A DNA stretch of 59,826 nucleotides from Dehalococcoidia bacterium (GTDB taxonomy: Bacteria > Chloroflexota > Dehalococcoidia > SHYD01): contig SHYD01000005.1 in NCBI GenBank assembly GCA_009692945.1, positions 1 through 59,826 on the forward strand, in the 5' to 3' direction. Below, one piece after another: positions 33,097 through 41,981 of the stretch; within the stretch, counting starts at the first letter, position 1, and every line of letters starts with the position of its first letter. The notes beneath the pieces are model-generated. The model made no database searches. It saw only the letters and a program-made list of their open reading frames with translations, and had not been told where the DNA came from. Made by a program: the position numbers and the translations under genes.

Positions 33097-36000
33097 GTGG
33101 ATATCCACTGGAAGAAATTGAACAAATTTAAAACAACCGCAGGTAATGCAGCCCGCATCTTCGCAGCCGCGGCGCTGCTTGTTATGGCGGCGGGCCCGCT
33201 GCCCGCTACCCCCCGGGCCGTCGAGGCCAAGGACATGGAGTGGTCGGACGCGCGTCTGCCCCTCACCAGCGAAGCTGACACCGACGACACCAATGGTTTT
33301 CAGCGCCTCCCGGACATGGGCAACGAGGCCCATCACCTAGTGGTTGCGCCGAACGGAGACCTCTTCGTCGCCGGCAAAGGCGAGGACTCCCCCACCATAA
33401 CTGGCCAAGCGGCAGGCAATAACTTTGACGGCAGCGGCCAGCCCGCGATCTACCGCTCCACGGACGGCGGCGCCAAGTGGCGCGGGATTGCCATGCCGAC
33501 CGGCGTGAGCGCTACCGCCGTGATCCAGCAGGTCGTGGTTTCACCTGACTACCCCAGCGACGGTTTTGTCGGGGTGGTGATTGGCGGGGGCGCCAATAAC
33601 TCGACCGGGAACGGGTTCTGCTGGTCCATCAACCAGGGGCTGACCTGGTCTGAGGGCCAGTGCAAGACGGGCGCAGCAGCCACAAGCTGGAACGCCGTGC
33701 TCTGGCGCACCGCGGCGCTGAGTCCCAACTTCAACTACAACGACGGGAGTGGGACGCTGGCCCTCGGCGGCGTCTATGTCGCCACGGCGGTCACCACCGT
33801 GACGATCGCCGCCAACGCCCTGTTGTCGGCGACGGTTGACCCCATCGTGGTGGCCATCGTTGAAGGCACCGCGCCTAACAGCGCCCACGATAACACGCTG
33901 TCGCTGGCGTACACCTTCAGCGAGGAGCCCTCCAGCCTCGCACGGCTGTACACCACTGACGTTGGCCACACCGCGGGTGCGGTGGGAACCTACGCCCAGA
34001 TCAAGGGCGATGCAGGGTGGCCGGCGCTGGCCGCCGCCGCGGAGATCAAGGACGCCGCAAGCGGCGCGGCCGCGGTGATGAACGCCACCATGGGTGCGGT
34101 GGCGTTCGACGATGTCTACACCGCCGGCGGCTCGTTCTTCGCCGCGGTTGGCAACGCTACCGTGGGCGGCGTGTTCAAGTTTGACGGTACCTGGCTGGAG
34201 AAGACCGGCACCGGCAACGCAGACTGCAATGGCCCCACCGACTCTCTGTCGGTGTCCGGCAACGGCTCCAACGCCCGCCTGCTCTCCTCGTTGCGGAATT
34301 CCAACAAGGTCTGCCGCAGCACCAATGAGGGCGGCTCCTTTAGCGACAACGACGTCGATAACGCCGCGACTGGGTGCGACCTGTGCGAGATCGCAAAGAC
34401 GAGCTCCGAGACGCGGGTGGCCTCCAACCGCAGCTCCAACACGGTGTACTGGACCACCTCCGGCGCGCGCGGCGGAGTGTCCAAGTCCACCAACGGCGGT
34501 AGCTCCTGGGCGGATACCGGGTTGACCAATAACCCGTACGTTTTCGGAGGCCCGCTGGAGACCTCTGAGAGCCAGTCCTTCTCCATGGGGGCCGTCAACT
34601 CGGCCCAGGCGCTGTGGATGACCAACAACTCCGGCAGCGGCGCGTCCTGGACGCAGGTCTTGCGCTTCGACGGGACTGACCTGACCCTCCCCTCGTCCTT
34701 CCCGGGCGACTGGGCGACGGCGGGCACGGCCTACATCCACCGCACGCTCTCGACCGTCGATCCGGTGTTGAAGACCACCGACGGCGGCAGGACCTGGGAC
34801 AAGACCAGCGCCGATCCCTTCGCCAACGGCCCGGAGACCACCGAGCTGATCAAGACGGCCTCCAGCCGCTCCGCACTGGCTCACGTGTTCGGCGGGGACA
34901 AGGGTCACGTGTCCATCACCGAAGACGGCGGCGTGAGTTGGAGGGTGCTGGCCAAGGACTTCGGCGGACAAATCGATGAGTTCGACTTCATCGGCAGTGG
35001 CGTCGCCATGTTCATCGTCACAGCGATGGGCGACGACACCATCATGCGGCTGTGGCTGACCAGCGACAGCGGCGTAACCTTCACCGAGATCGGCAACGGT
35101 GCCCTCGCCTGGGGCGGCGGCACCACCGCCGACTTCACGACCCTGACCGGCACCTTCGACGGCACCAAGGGCGTGCTGCTGGTGGGCACCAACGGCGCCA
35201 GCAACGACGACCTGTGGCGCTTTGACGCCGGCGCGGCCACCCCTGTATGGGTGGACGGCGGCACGGACACAAAGTGGAAGACCCTGACCCTCACCAAAAC
35301 CCCCGGCGTTGGCGATGGGCAAGAGCTCTTCATGTTGACGTCAGCCGGGGTGCTGTGGCGCACCAACTACCCGTTCTCCACGACCAGTGGCGATTGGGCC
35401 GAGCAAAAACTGACAACCCAAGCCCCGCCGCTGATGGGCGGTGCGATGGGGACCACCATCACCGCGGCGGGCACCTACAGCCTCCAGATCACCTACGGTG
35501 GTCGGGTCCAGGAGTACACCTTCACCAAAGCCTTCCAGGATGGGGTGAGCGTCACCTCGCCGATGGACGGCGGCAGCGTGGCCAGCAACATCGGCGATAA
35601 CGGCATTCCGGCCATCTTCCGCTGGAACAGCACCGCCAAGGCGGCCTGCTACGACGTGCAGATCAGCCTGGAGCCGACCTTCGATTCCCCGGCTCTGGAT
35701 AACACCGCTGTAGCCGGCGCCTGCCCGGCCAACACCAACGGCGTCACCACCGGAGCCACGCTCCAGGTCACCTCGACCATCTTCGGCCTGGTCCAGGGCC
35801 AGACCTACTACTGGCGGGCACGGGTCCGGTCCACGGACGCGTCCCTGGCGGCGACCGTCACGCACCAGGGCCCCTGGACCAAGGGCGCCAGCTTCGCGGT
35901 GAGCAGCGTCAGCAACCAGGTCACCGCACCGCAGCCCTCGCTGCCGCTGAGCGGGTCCATGCTCCCCGGCGCGGGCACCTCGCTGAGCTGGAACAACCCC

Positions 36001-36597
36001 GCCGGCGCGACTCAGGTGCACGTCCAGGTCACCCCGTTGAATGGTGACGGACCTGCGATCAACCTGATCCTGAACGCCGTCAGCAGCTACGACGTGCCGG
36101 CCCCGGTGTTCGGCACCGGCCCGTACGTGATGCTGCCGGGCGCCAGCTACACCTGGCGGCTGCGGGTCAGCAACTCTACCAGCGCCATCGGTGAGGGCGA
36201 TGCGAGTTGGGGCCAATGGTCCGACCCGCGTGTGTTCACCACGGCGCTGCCGAATGCGGGCACGATCCAACTGGTCGCTCCCATCAACGGCGCGGCCATC
36301 ACCGACACCACACCGACGCTGATGTGGAAAGACGGCAACTCCTCCATGTTCTACTACGAGATCCAGCTGAGCTCGGATAAGAACTTTGGCGAGGCGGGCG
36401 CGATCGCCCCGGTGTTCACCAACTTGATCCACGGCGGCGTGGCCAAGCCTGAGAATACCTGGACGGTGCCGGAGGCCTCGGCGCTGCCCAAGGGCACCTA
36501 CTTCTGGCGCCTCCGCCAGCGGGTGCAGGCGACGCCTAAGGGCGGAACCGAAACCGGCATCGCGTGGTCGCCCGCCCAGTCCTTCGTGGTTCAGTAA
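33097..36597 (+). CDS. Large secreted BNR/Asp-box repeat protein with C-terminal Fn3/Ig-like repeats
   Basis: GGAGGA RBS + GTG 33097; signal peptide ...AAAALLVMAAGPLPATPRAVEA; Asp-boxes STDGGAKW, SINQGLTW, STNGGSSW, TTDGGRTW, TEDGGVSW; three C-terminal ~110-aa repeats ending YYWRARV/YTWRLRV/YFWRLRQ. Confidence 0.85.
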   Translation: MDIHWKKLNKFKTTAGNAARIFAAAALLVMAAGPLPATPRAVEAKDMEWSDARLPLTSEADTDDTNGFQRLPDMGNEAHHLVVAPNGDLFVAGKGEDSPTITGQAAGNNFDGSGQPAIYRSTDGGAKWRGIAMPTGVSATAVIQQVVVSPDYPSDGFVGVVIGGGANNSTGNGFCWSINQGLTWSEGQCKTGAAATSWNAVLWRTAALSPNFNYNDGSGTLALGGVYVATAVTTVTIAANALLSATVDPIVVAIVEGTAPNSAHDNTLSLAYTFSEEPSSLARLYTTDVGHTAGAVGTYAQIKGDAGWPALAAAAEIKDAASGAAAVMNATMGAVAFDDVYTAGGSFFAAVGNATVGGVFKFDGTWLEKTGTGNADCNGPTDSLSVSGNGSNARLLSSLRNSNKVCRSTNEGGSFSDNDVDNAATGCDLCEIAKTSSETRVASNRSSNTVYWTTSGARGGVSKSTNGGSSWADTGLTNNPYVFGGPLETSESQSFSMGAVNSAQALWMTNNSGSGASWTQVLRFDGTDLTLPSSFPGDWATAGTAYIHRTLSTVDPVLKTTDGGRTWDKTSADPFANGPETTELIKTASSRSALAHVFGGDKGHVSITEDGGVSWRVLAKDFGGQIDEFDFIGSGVAMFIVTAMGDDTIMRLWLTSDSGVTFTEIGNGALAWGGGTTADFTTLTGTFDGTKGVLLVGTNGASNDDLWRFDAGAATPVWVDGGTDTKWKTLTLTKTPGVGDGQELFMLTSAGVLWRTNYPFSTTSGDWAEQKLTTQAPPLMGGAMGTTITAAGTYSLQITYGGRVQEYTFTKAFQDGVSVTSPMDGGSVASNIGDNGIPAIFRWNSTAKAACYDVQISLEPTFDSPALDNTAVAGACPANTNGVTTGATLQVTSTIFGLVQGQTYYWRARVRSTDASLAATVTHQGPWTKGASFAVSSVSNQVTAPQPSLPLSGSMLPGAGTSLSWNNPAGATQVHVQVTPLNGDGPAINLILNAVSSYDVPAPVFGTGPYVMLPGASYTWRLRVSNSTSAIGEGDASWGQWSDPRVFTTALPNAGTIQLVAPINGAAITDTTPTLMWKDGNSSMFYYEIQLSSDKNFGEAGAIAPVFTNLIHGGVAKPENTWTVPEASALPKGTYFWRLRQRVQATPKGGTETGIAWSPAQSFVVQ

Positions 36598-36643
36598 ACT
36601 GACCTAAAGGGACCGGGTCTGGCAACAGACCTCAGGAGTGAGG

Positions 36644-36675
36644 CAGAGGGGCTCCCCGCAAGGGGAGCCCCTCTG
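36644..36675 (+). terminator. GC-rich hairpin, candidate terminator of the BNR gene
   Basis: CAGAGGGGCTCCCC-GCAA-GGGGAGCCCCTCTG, 47 nt after the stop; no U-tract. Confidence 0.55.
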
Positions 36676-36688
36676 ACGTGCCCGGAAG

Positions 36689-36722
36689 GTTATCCGCAGA
36701 TGACACAGATGGCCGCAGGTTC
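36689..36722 (+). repeat. Family B element
   Basis: GGTTATCCGCAGATGACACAGATGGCCGCAGGTTC. Confidence 0.8.
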
Positions 36723-36774
36723 GGGGAAGGGTTGGAGGGTCGAGGCGATCTGTTGGCAAACAGGTCGCCGACGC

Positions 36775-37250
36775 GGTGTGCGGGCAGGGAGGGGCACGTT
36801 GCAACGTGCCCCTACGCCGGTGCGATACGCGTGGGGGAGCGGGAATCCGGGTAGCGGCGACCCATGCGTCGCACGGACGGGACGGCGGCGACGCATGGTG
36901 GCGGCCACGAGGCGGGGTGCGGGCGCCGGCACGTTGTCCTGGGGCGATGCCTCAGGCTGGTATAGAATGGGCCGGTGGCCCTCCCTGACCAACGTTACGT
37001 GTCGGACTAACCAGCTGGCGCGGGCCGCGGCGCGGGGCACGTTGTCCTGGGGCGATGCCCCAGGCTGGTATCGAACGGGCCGGTGGCCCTCCTGATCCGC
37101 GCCCCGACCTGGCGATCAAGCCGATGACCGGGCCGGCACGTTGTGCTGGGGTTCCCCCGAATCAGGCCGCGCCAACGGCGCACCCCATACCAGCCTGGGA
37201 CATCGCCCCAGTTGGCGCCGCCACCCATCGCGGGCGGGCCGGGCGCCGCC
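36775..37250. repeat. Cluster of family C palindromic REPs plus ~90-bp tandem/inverted D repeats
   Basis: GGGGCACGTTGCAACGTGCCCCTAC (36791-36815); GTAGCGGCGACcCATGCGTCGC; D unit GGCACGTTGTCCTGGGGCGATGCCyCAGGCTGGTAT.GAA.GGGCCGGTGGCCCTCC at ~36929-36985 and ~37026-37082, partial inverted copy ~37137-37215. Confidence 0.75.
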
Positions 37251-37254
37251 CCGC

Positions 37255-37662
37255 CTACGAACGCGGCGCGGCCGAGGCCTTCCAGCCTGCGGCAACAGCC
37301 TCCTGCTCAGTGCAGAACCACCGCTCTCCCTGCTGCTCGTCCACCTGCTCGACGCGGTAGCGGCGCATCCCCGGCACGAAGTAGATCCTGTTGGAGCCGT
37401 CGTTGATGGTGCCCTTGATCACAGGGTCCCTGGCGGCGGGCGGATCTCCGGACTTGGTCTGAGCGGTGGGATGGAAGGTGAAGGCGCAGGCTCCGCCGGG
37501 TGGGGCGGGCGCGAGCGTGGGGGTGGGCGTTGGCCGTTCTGGCGTGGCGGTGGCGGTGGGGCGGGGCGCCGGCGTGCCGGACGGCCCACCCACGAAGCCA
37601 CACCCGGCGAACAGCAGGGCGCTGAGCACAACAATCGATGCCCTAGTCGTTACGAAACGCAT
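37255..37662 (-). CDS. Lipoprotein with C-terminal sunset-type domain
   Basis: MRFVTTRASIVVLSALLFAGCG lipobox; Pro/Thr linker; VIKGTINDGSNRIYFVPGMRRY...WFCTEQEAVAAGWK. Confidence 0.7.
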   Translation of the reverse strand: MRFVTTRASIVVLSALLFAGCGFVGGPSGTPAPRPTATATPERPTPTPTLAPAPPGGACAFTFHPTAQTKSGDPPAARDPVIKGTINDGSNRIYFVPGMRRYRVEQVDEQQGERWFCTEQEAVAAGWKASAAPRS

Positions 37663-37899
37663 ATCAAAAATCCCACCTTGGCGGTTAATGTCGGGAGCAG
37701 GTTTCACCGACGGGCGCGGGTCAGCGGCACGTGAGCCTTGGCCGGCGGGGTTCTCCTGGAGCGGGCCATTGGGCCCCTTGCCCGGTGGGACGGCCCGAAA
37801 CCCTGAGTGAATAATGGGCCGGCCGGTGTCCGTAACCCGGAAGCAGGACTGTAAACGCTCCCATCAGTATCGTATCGGCGCCGCGCGGACGGGTCAAGG

Positions 37900-38310
37900 G
37901 GTGCGGCAGCACCGGAATGCTGCGCCCGGAAGCGGGGTGTCGCGGCGACGCATGCGTCGCCCCACCGAGAATGAAGAAAGGGTTGTTGCCCTTGGGGGGG
38001 ACACGCTCAAGCACCGTGCCGAAGGGTTTGGCGGAAGGTAGAGGCACGTTGCAACGTGCCCCTACGACGCAACGACTGCGCGCCCTTCGGGGCAGGGGCG
38101 GGTTGCAAACCCGCCCGATGTCGGATGAGGTGCGCGTGGTTAACGTCACAACCGGTCGGTGTACGGGGCCGGACACGGGGGTGCAAGGGAACGATGTAGG
38201 GCCGACGCATGCGTCGGCCCTACATCGTTTAGACAGCCGAGGTCAATCTGGGGCAACCCTTCCTCGAACATTGGCCCGCTGGCGGTTTCAAACCCGCCCC
38301 TACGATTCGT
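37900..38310. repeat. Cluster of family C palindromic REPs
   Basis: GGCGACGCATGCGTCGCC (~37937); GTAGAGGCACGTTGCAACGTGCCCCTAC (~38039-38066); GGGCGGGTTgcaAACCCGCCC (~38098); 34-bp perfect palindrome GATGTAGGGCCGACGCATGCGTCGGCCCTACATC (~38192-38225); AAACCCGCCCCTAC (~38290). Confidence 0.8.
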
Positions 38311-38381
38311 GGCCCCCACCGCATGGGCGCAGCGATGTCTCCCGCACTTCGAACCTTGCACCTTGAACCGCTTCCGGCCCC

Positions 38382-38948
38382 TCACACCTCGGCGTAGCGG
38401 AAACAGTCGACAGTGTGGTCGTTCACCAGGCCGGCGGCCTGCATGAAGGCGTAGCAGATCACCGATCCCACGAACTTGAACCCGCGGCGGGAGAGGTCCT
38501 TGCTCATGGCGTCGGACTCCTCGTTGCGGGCGGGGATGCCCGAAAGCGTGGTGAGGTCGTGGCGGATGGTGGCGCCGCCCACGAAGCCCCAGATGTAGGC
38601 GTCGAAGCTGCCGAACTCCCGCTGCACCTCCAGAAAATGCTGGGCGTTGCTGACCGCCGCCCGCACCTTGAGCCGGTTGCGGATGATGCCGGGGTCCCCC
38701 AGCAGCCGTTGCACATCCTCCTCCCGATAGCCCGCGATCAGGGCCGGCTCGAAGTTGTCGAAGGCGCGCCGGAACCCCTCCCGCCGCAGCAGGATGGTCC
38801 GCCAGCTCAGCCCCGCCTGCATCGCGTCCAGCAACGTGTACTCAAACAGCTTCCGGTCGTCATGCACCGGCACGCCCCACTCCTCGTCGTGGTACCGGAT
38901 CATCAGCGGGTGGTTGGTGGACCATGTGCAGCGGGTGATGGTGGTCAT
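38382..38948 (-). CDS. tag: DNA-3-methyladenine glycosylase I
   Basis: RCTWSTNHPLMIRYHDEEWGVPVHDDRKLFEYTLLDAMQAGLSW... typical Tag sequence. Confidence 0.9.
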   Translation of the reverse strand: MTTITRCTWSTNHPLMIRYHDEEWGVPVHDDRKLFEYTLLDAMQAGLSWRTILLRREGFRRAFDNFEPALIAGYREEDVQRLLGDPGIIRNRLKVRAAVSNAQHFLEVQREFGSFDAYIWGFVGGATIRHDLTTLSGIPARNEESDAMSKDLSRRGFKFVGSVICYAFMQAAGLVNDHTVDCFRYAEV

Positions 38949-39099
38949 GCGGGCGGGACCTCGGGGGTGGGAGATCGATCACGGCCCATTGTAGCGGGGG
39001 AGGGGACGAGGGACCAAGGGGGCGTAGCTGTCGCTCGTAGCAGGTTCGGTGGCGGCTCCCCATTCTCACAGGTCGACGGCAACCGACGCGAGGGAGGGG

Positions 39100-39415
39100 G
39101 CGTAGCGGTAAGAGTTCACATTCGAATAGATCAGTGTCGTGCGACGTAGATTCTCGCTCCGCTCGAACAGTAACGAGCCGACGCGCGAACCGCTTCAATA
39201 CTCTTCGAGCCCTGCGAGAAGGTTCCACAGCCTCCGTTGTTCGTTGTGCTATCTTGGTTCGCGTACACTCAAATGTGAACTCTTACGCGTAGCGTTCCGA
39301 GGGGACCTCCAGGCCGTCCTCGTGCACTCCGACTCCTAGCCTGGCCCGGGGGCACCCCCATTCCCCCGGCAGAAGAGGGCTGCGGCCCTCTGCATGCCCG
39401 CCCCGAGGATCGTCA
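39100..39415 (-). repeat. Family A element, long form (variant core + F hairpin module)
   Basis: 39300-39415 carries rc of the A core; 39130-39300 rc matches 8140-8255 (GTGGAAmCTTCTCGC...CTCGAAG.GTA...TACTGTTCGAGCG.AGCGAGAA). Confidence 0.7.
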
Positions 39416-39489
39416 CCCGGTACAATGTTCGAAGGCGTCCGAACCCCGGCGCGTTCCCCATTCTCGGAGATGACTGAAGCCAACCGTCA

Positions 39490-40764
39490 TTGAGACCGCT
39501 GCTTGGCCACCCTGACGCCCTCACGGCAGCAACCTACGGCCGGTTCGTCCGCCGTTGCGCCCTGCTGGCCATGTTGCCCGATTATCTGGCCAACGGGGAG
39601 CCGTATCTCGCCATGAACGCTGTGGTGCTCACCCACGGGGAGGACCGGCAGCTTCGAGCGCTGTCGGAAGCTTTCGTCGGGGCGTTCTTTCTGGCCGCAC
39701 GGGTGCTCGCCCAAGACGTGACCCGCTTGGAGGAGATGGGCTTCCCCTGGGTGGCCGCGGAGTTGCTGGCGGCCGAGGCGCCCCGCCTGCCGGTGACGGG
39801 CCGGTTCGACTACGTGCAGGACCGCGGCGGGCACTGGTGGCTGCTGGAGTTCAATGCCGACACCCCCTCCGGCGTGCGGGAGTCCACCGGTGGGGAGGCG
39901 CAACTGTGCCGGTTGCTGCCCCAGGCGGCAGAGATGGAGCGGCCCAACCTCCGGCTCCCGGAGCGCCTGCGCACCGCCTTTGCTGAGAGCCCCGGCCTCT
40001 TGGACGAACACTCCGGTGGGCTGGGGTTGGTCACCGTGGCCAGCGAGTTGGAAGACCTGATGCAGATGGCCGCGCTGCAACGGCTGCTCGATGGGATGCC
40101 GGAATGGGGCGGCCGGCCGGTGGTCCTCGGTGACGTCGACAACCTGCGCCCGCAGGGTTCCGGCGTCAGCCTGGGCGGAGAGCCCATCAGTGCCCTCTAC
40201 CGCTACGTTCCCTTCGAGGCGATGTTTGGGACGCCCGCCTTCGCCGCCATCGGCAATGCCGTGGCATCGGGCCATCTCCAGTTAGTCAACGGACTGTTCG
40301 GTCTGCTGCTGCAACACAAGGGGCTCATGGCCTGGCTGTGGGAGCACCGCGATGACCGGCTGTTCACGACGGCCCAGCGCTCGGCCATCGCCGGGCATCT
40401 TGCTCCCACGTGGTACATTGAGGGCAAGCGGTCGCCCTCAGAACGAGGAGGCCTGGTGGTAAAGCAGGTGTTCGGACGCGAGGGCGAAGAGGTCTTCTTT
40501 GGGGATGACCTGACCGCGGTACAGTGGGACGCACTGGCCCGACGTGGGCTGTATGCCGTGCAGACCCGCATCGATGTGGCCCCGTTCTCGGCCGCCGTCG
40601 TGACCGACCGCGAACGGGGCATCCGCACCGGCAGCGTCACCGTGGGCGCCTACACCGCGGGATCACGCTTTGCCGGCTACTATTCCCGCTTCGGCGGGCG
40701 GATCATCAACTCCCGTGCCCTCTGGTTCGCCACCCTCACCGATCCCCCAGGAGAAGCCGAATGA
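39490..40764 (+). CDS. Glutathionylspermidine synthase-like ATP-grasp protein (YgiC/YjfC family)
   Basis: GRFDYVQDRGGHWWLLEFNADTPSGVRES motif and family-like C-terminus; start uncertain. Confidence 0.75.
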   Translation: MRPLLGHPDALTAATYGRFVRRCALLAMLPDYLANGEPYLAMNAVVLTHGEDRQLRALSEAFVGAFFLAARVLAQDVTRLEEMGFPWVAAELLAAEAPRLPVTGRFDYVQDRGGHWWLLEFNADTPSGVRESTGGEAQLCRLLPQAAEMERPNLRLPERLRTAFAESPGLLDEHSGGLGLVTVASELEDLMQMAALQRLLDGMPEWGGRPVVLGDVDNLRPQGSGVSLGGEPISALYRYVPFEAMFGTPAFAAIGNAVASGHLQLVNGLFGLLLQHKGLMAWLWEHRDDRLFTTAQRSAIAGHLAPTWYIEGKRSPSERGGLVVKQVFGREGEEVFFGDDLTAVQWDALARRGLYAVQTRIDVAPFSAAVVTDRERGIRTGSVTVGAYTAGSRFAGYYSRFGGRIINSRALWFATLTDPPGEAE

Positions 40765-41366
40765 CCGACAACCAACCCCTCGGAGAATCGAGCAACCTCG
40801 AGCAGTTGGCGCTTCTGCAGCCGGGCGACCTCGTTGAGATATGGATGGAGCATTCCTACCTCGTGAGCACTGTGTACCGCTGCCGAGAGCGCCTGGACGG
40901 TCTCGTCACGGAATGGCGCTGGATCTTCCTGGACGACGGCTCCCTCATCGAAACATCACCCGACGGCTACTACCTCTACCGCGACCATGTGATGATCAAG
41001 CAGGGGACGCCGCTCTACGAAGAGATGGCGGCGCGTGATGGCGCTTTGGTCCGGTTCGAGGGGAGGGTGCAGGACGGTACGGTGGGCCGCAGCCCCGTGC
41101 ACATCACCATCGAGGAGAAGGAGTACCGGGTCGCCAGCACCGGCACCCTGGAGTTCTCGAAGGATGGCCCCGGCCCGGCGTTGATCCCCTGGCAGCAGCT
41201 GAGCACAGACCCTGGCGCCAACGTCTATTTTGGCATGGTAGGTGTGGAGGACGAGGACGAGGTGGTGCTGGGCCTATGGGTCAGCCACATCTCGCTGTCC
41301 TTCGGCAAGCCGCTGCGTCCCGAACAGATAGCCAACGTGTTCCGGAACCAGCCGAAGGGGCGCTAG
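40761..41366 (+). CDS. DUF4178-like protein
   Basis: ATG overlaps upstream stop (ATGA); EWRWIFLDDGSLIE-type motif; family call from memory only. Confidence 0.45.
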   Translation: MTDNQPLGESSNLEQLALLQPGDLVEIWMEHSYLVSTVYRCRERLDGLVTEWRWIFLDDGSLIETSPDGYYLYRDHVMIKQGTPLYEEMAARDGALVRFEGRVQDGTVGRSPVHITIEEKEYRVASTGTLEFSKDGPGPALIPWQQLSTDPGANVYFGMVGVEDEDEVVLGLWVSHISLSFGKPLRPEQIANVFRNQPKGR

Positions 41367-41399
41367 CTCAGCCGCATCCAGCCCCGCCCGAGAAACCCG

Positions 41400-41633
41400 C
41401 TACGACACCGCCTGGGCGATGATCAACGCCAACCCGATGATGAACGACCCCGCCATAATGGCGGCAGCCATGTTGCCTTGTGCGAAGATGCTTTCACTGA
41501 GTTTGGTCGGAGTGAGCATGTCAAGGACTTTGTACCCGATGAAGAGGAGCGCAAAACCCAACAGCGAAAAGATGACCGAAACCGATGCGTTCGCGAGCAG
41601 GTTATCCATGAAACCCCCAAGTTTGGTGTCCAT
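41400..41633 (-). CDS. DUF350 family small membrane protein
   Basis: 77 aa, two TM helices; ...VIFSLLGFALLFIGYKVLDMLTP...GNMAAAIMAGSFIIGLALII. Confidence 0.7.
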   Translation of the reverse strand: MDTKLGGFMDNLLANASVSVIFSLLGFALLFIGYKVLDMLTPTKLSESIFAQGNMAAAIMAGSFIIGLALIIAQAVS

Positions 41634-41759
41634 CGACTTACCTGTTGTAGCCTATGGGGGCTTGGAAGCCATGTCAAGGCTGAGCTGCCATCCAAATGAC
41701 GTGCGACCGGATCGCCCGGGCAGACGGACGCCTGCTGGAGGCGCCTAGAGAAGTAACCC

Positions 41760-41927
41760 ATGAACGACGAAACACGATCCCGCCTTTTCGCCCGTCTGGA
41801 TAGAGTCACCCGTGTGCCGCTGCTGCTCCTGGCAGTCGTGATGATCTCGCTGTTGACGCTCCCGGAGATCGTCGACCTCGAACCGGAGTTGGTCCTCGCG
41901 TTCGACGCCGCCAGCTTCGCCATCTGA
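41760..41927 (+). pseudogene. Possible N-terminal fragment of an ion-transport (K+ channel-like) protein
   Basis: 55-codon ORF MNDETRSRLFARLDRVTRVPLLLLAVVMISLLTLPEIVDLEPELVLAFDAASFAI stops where S1-S2 of such channels would continue. Confidence 0.3.
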
Positions 41928-41981
41928 CGGCAACTAAAAAGCGGACCGTTCAAACTAAGACACTACCGAAATTCGGGATCC

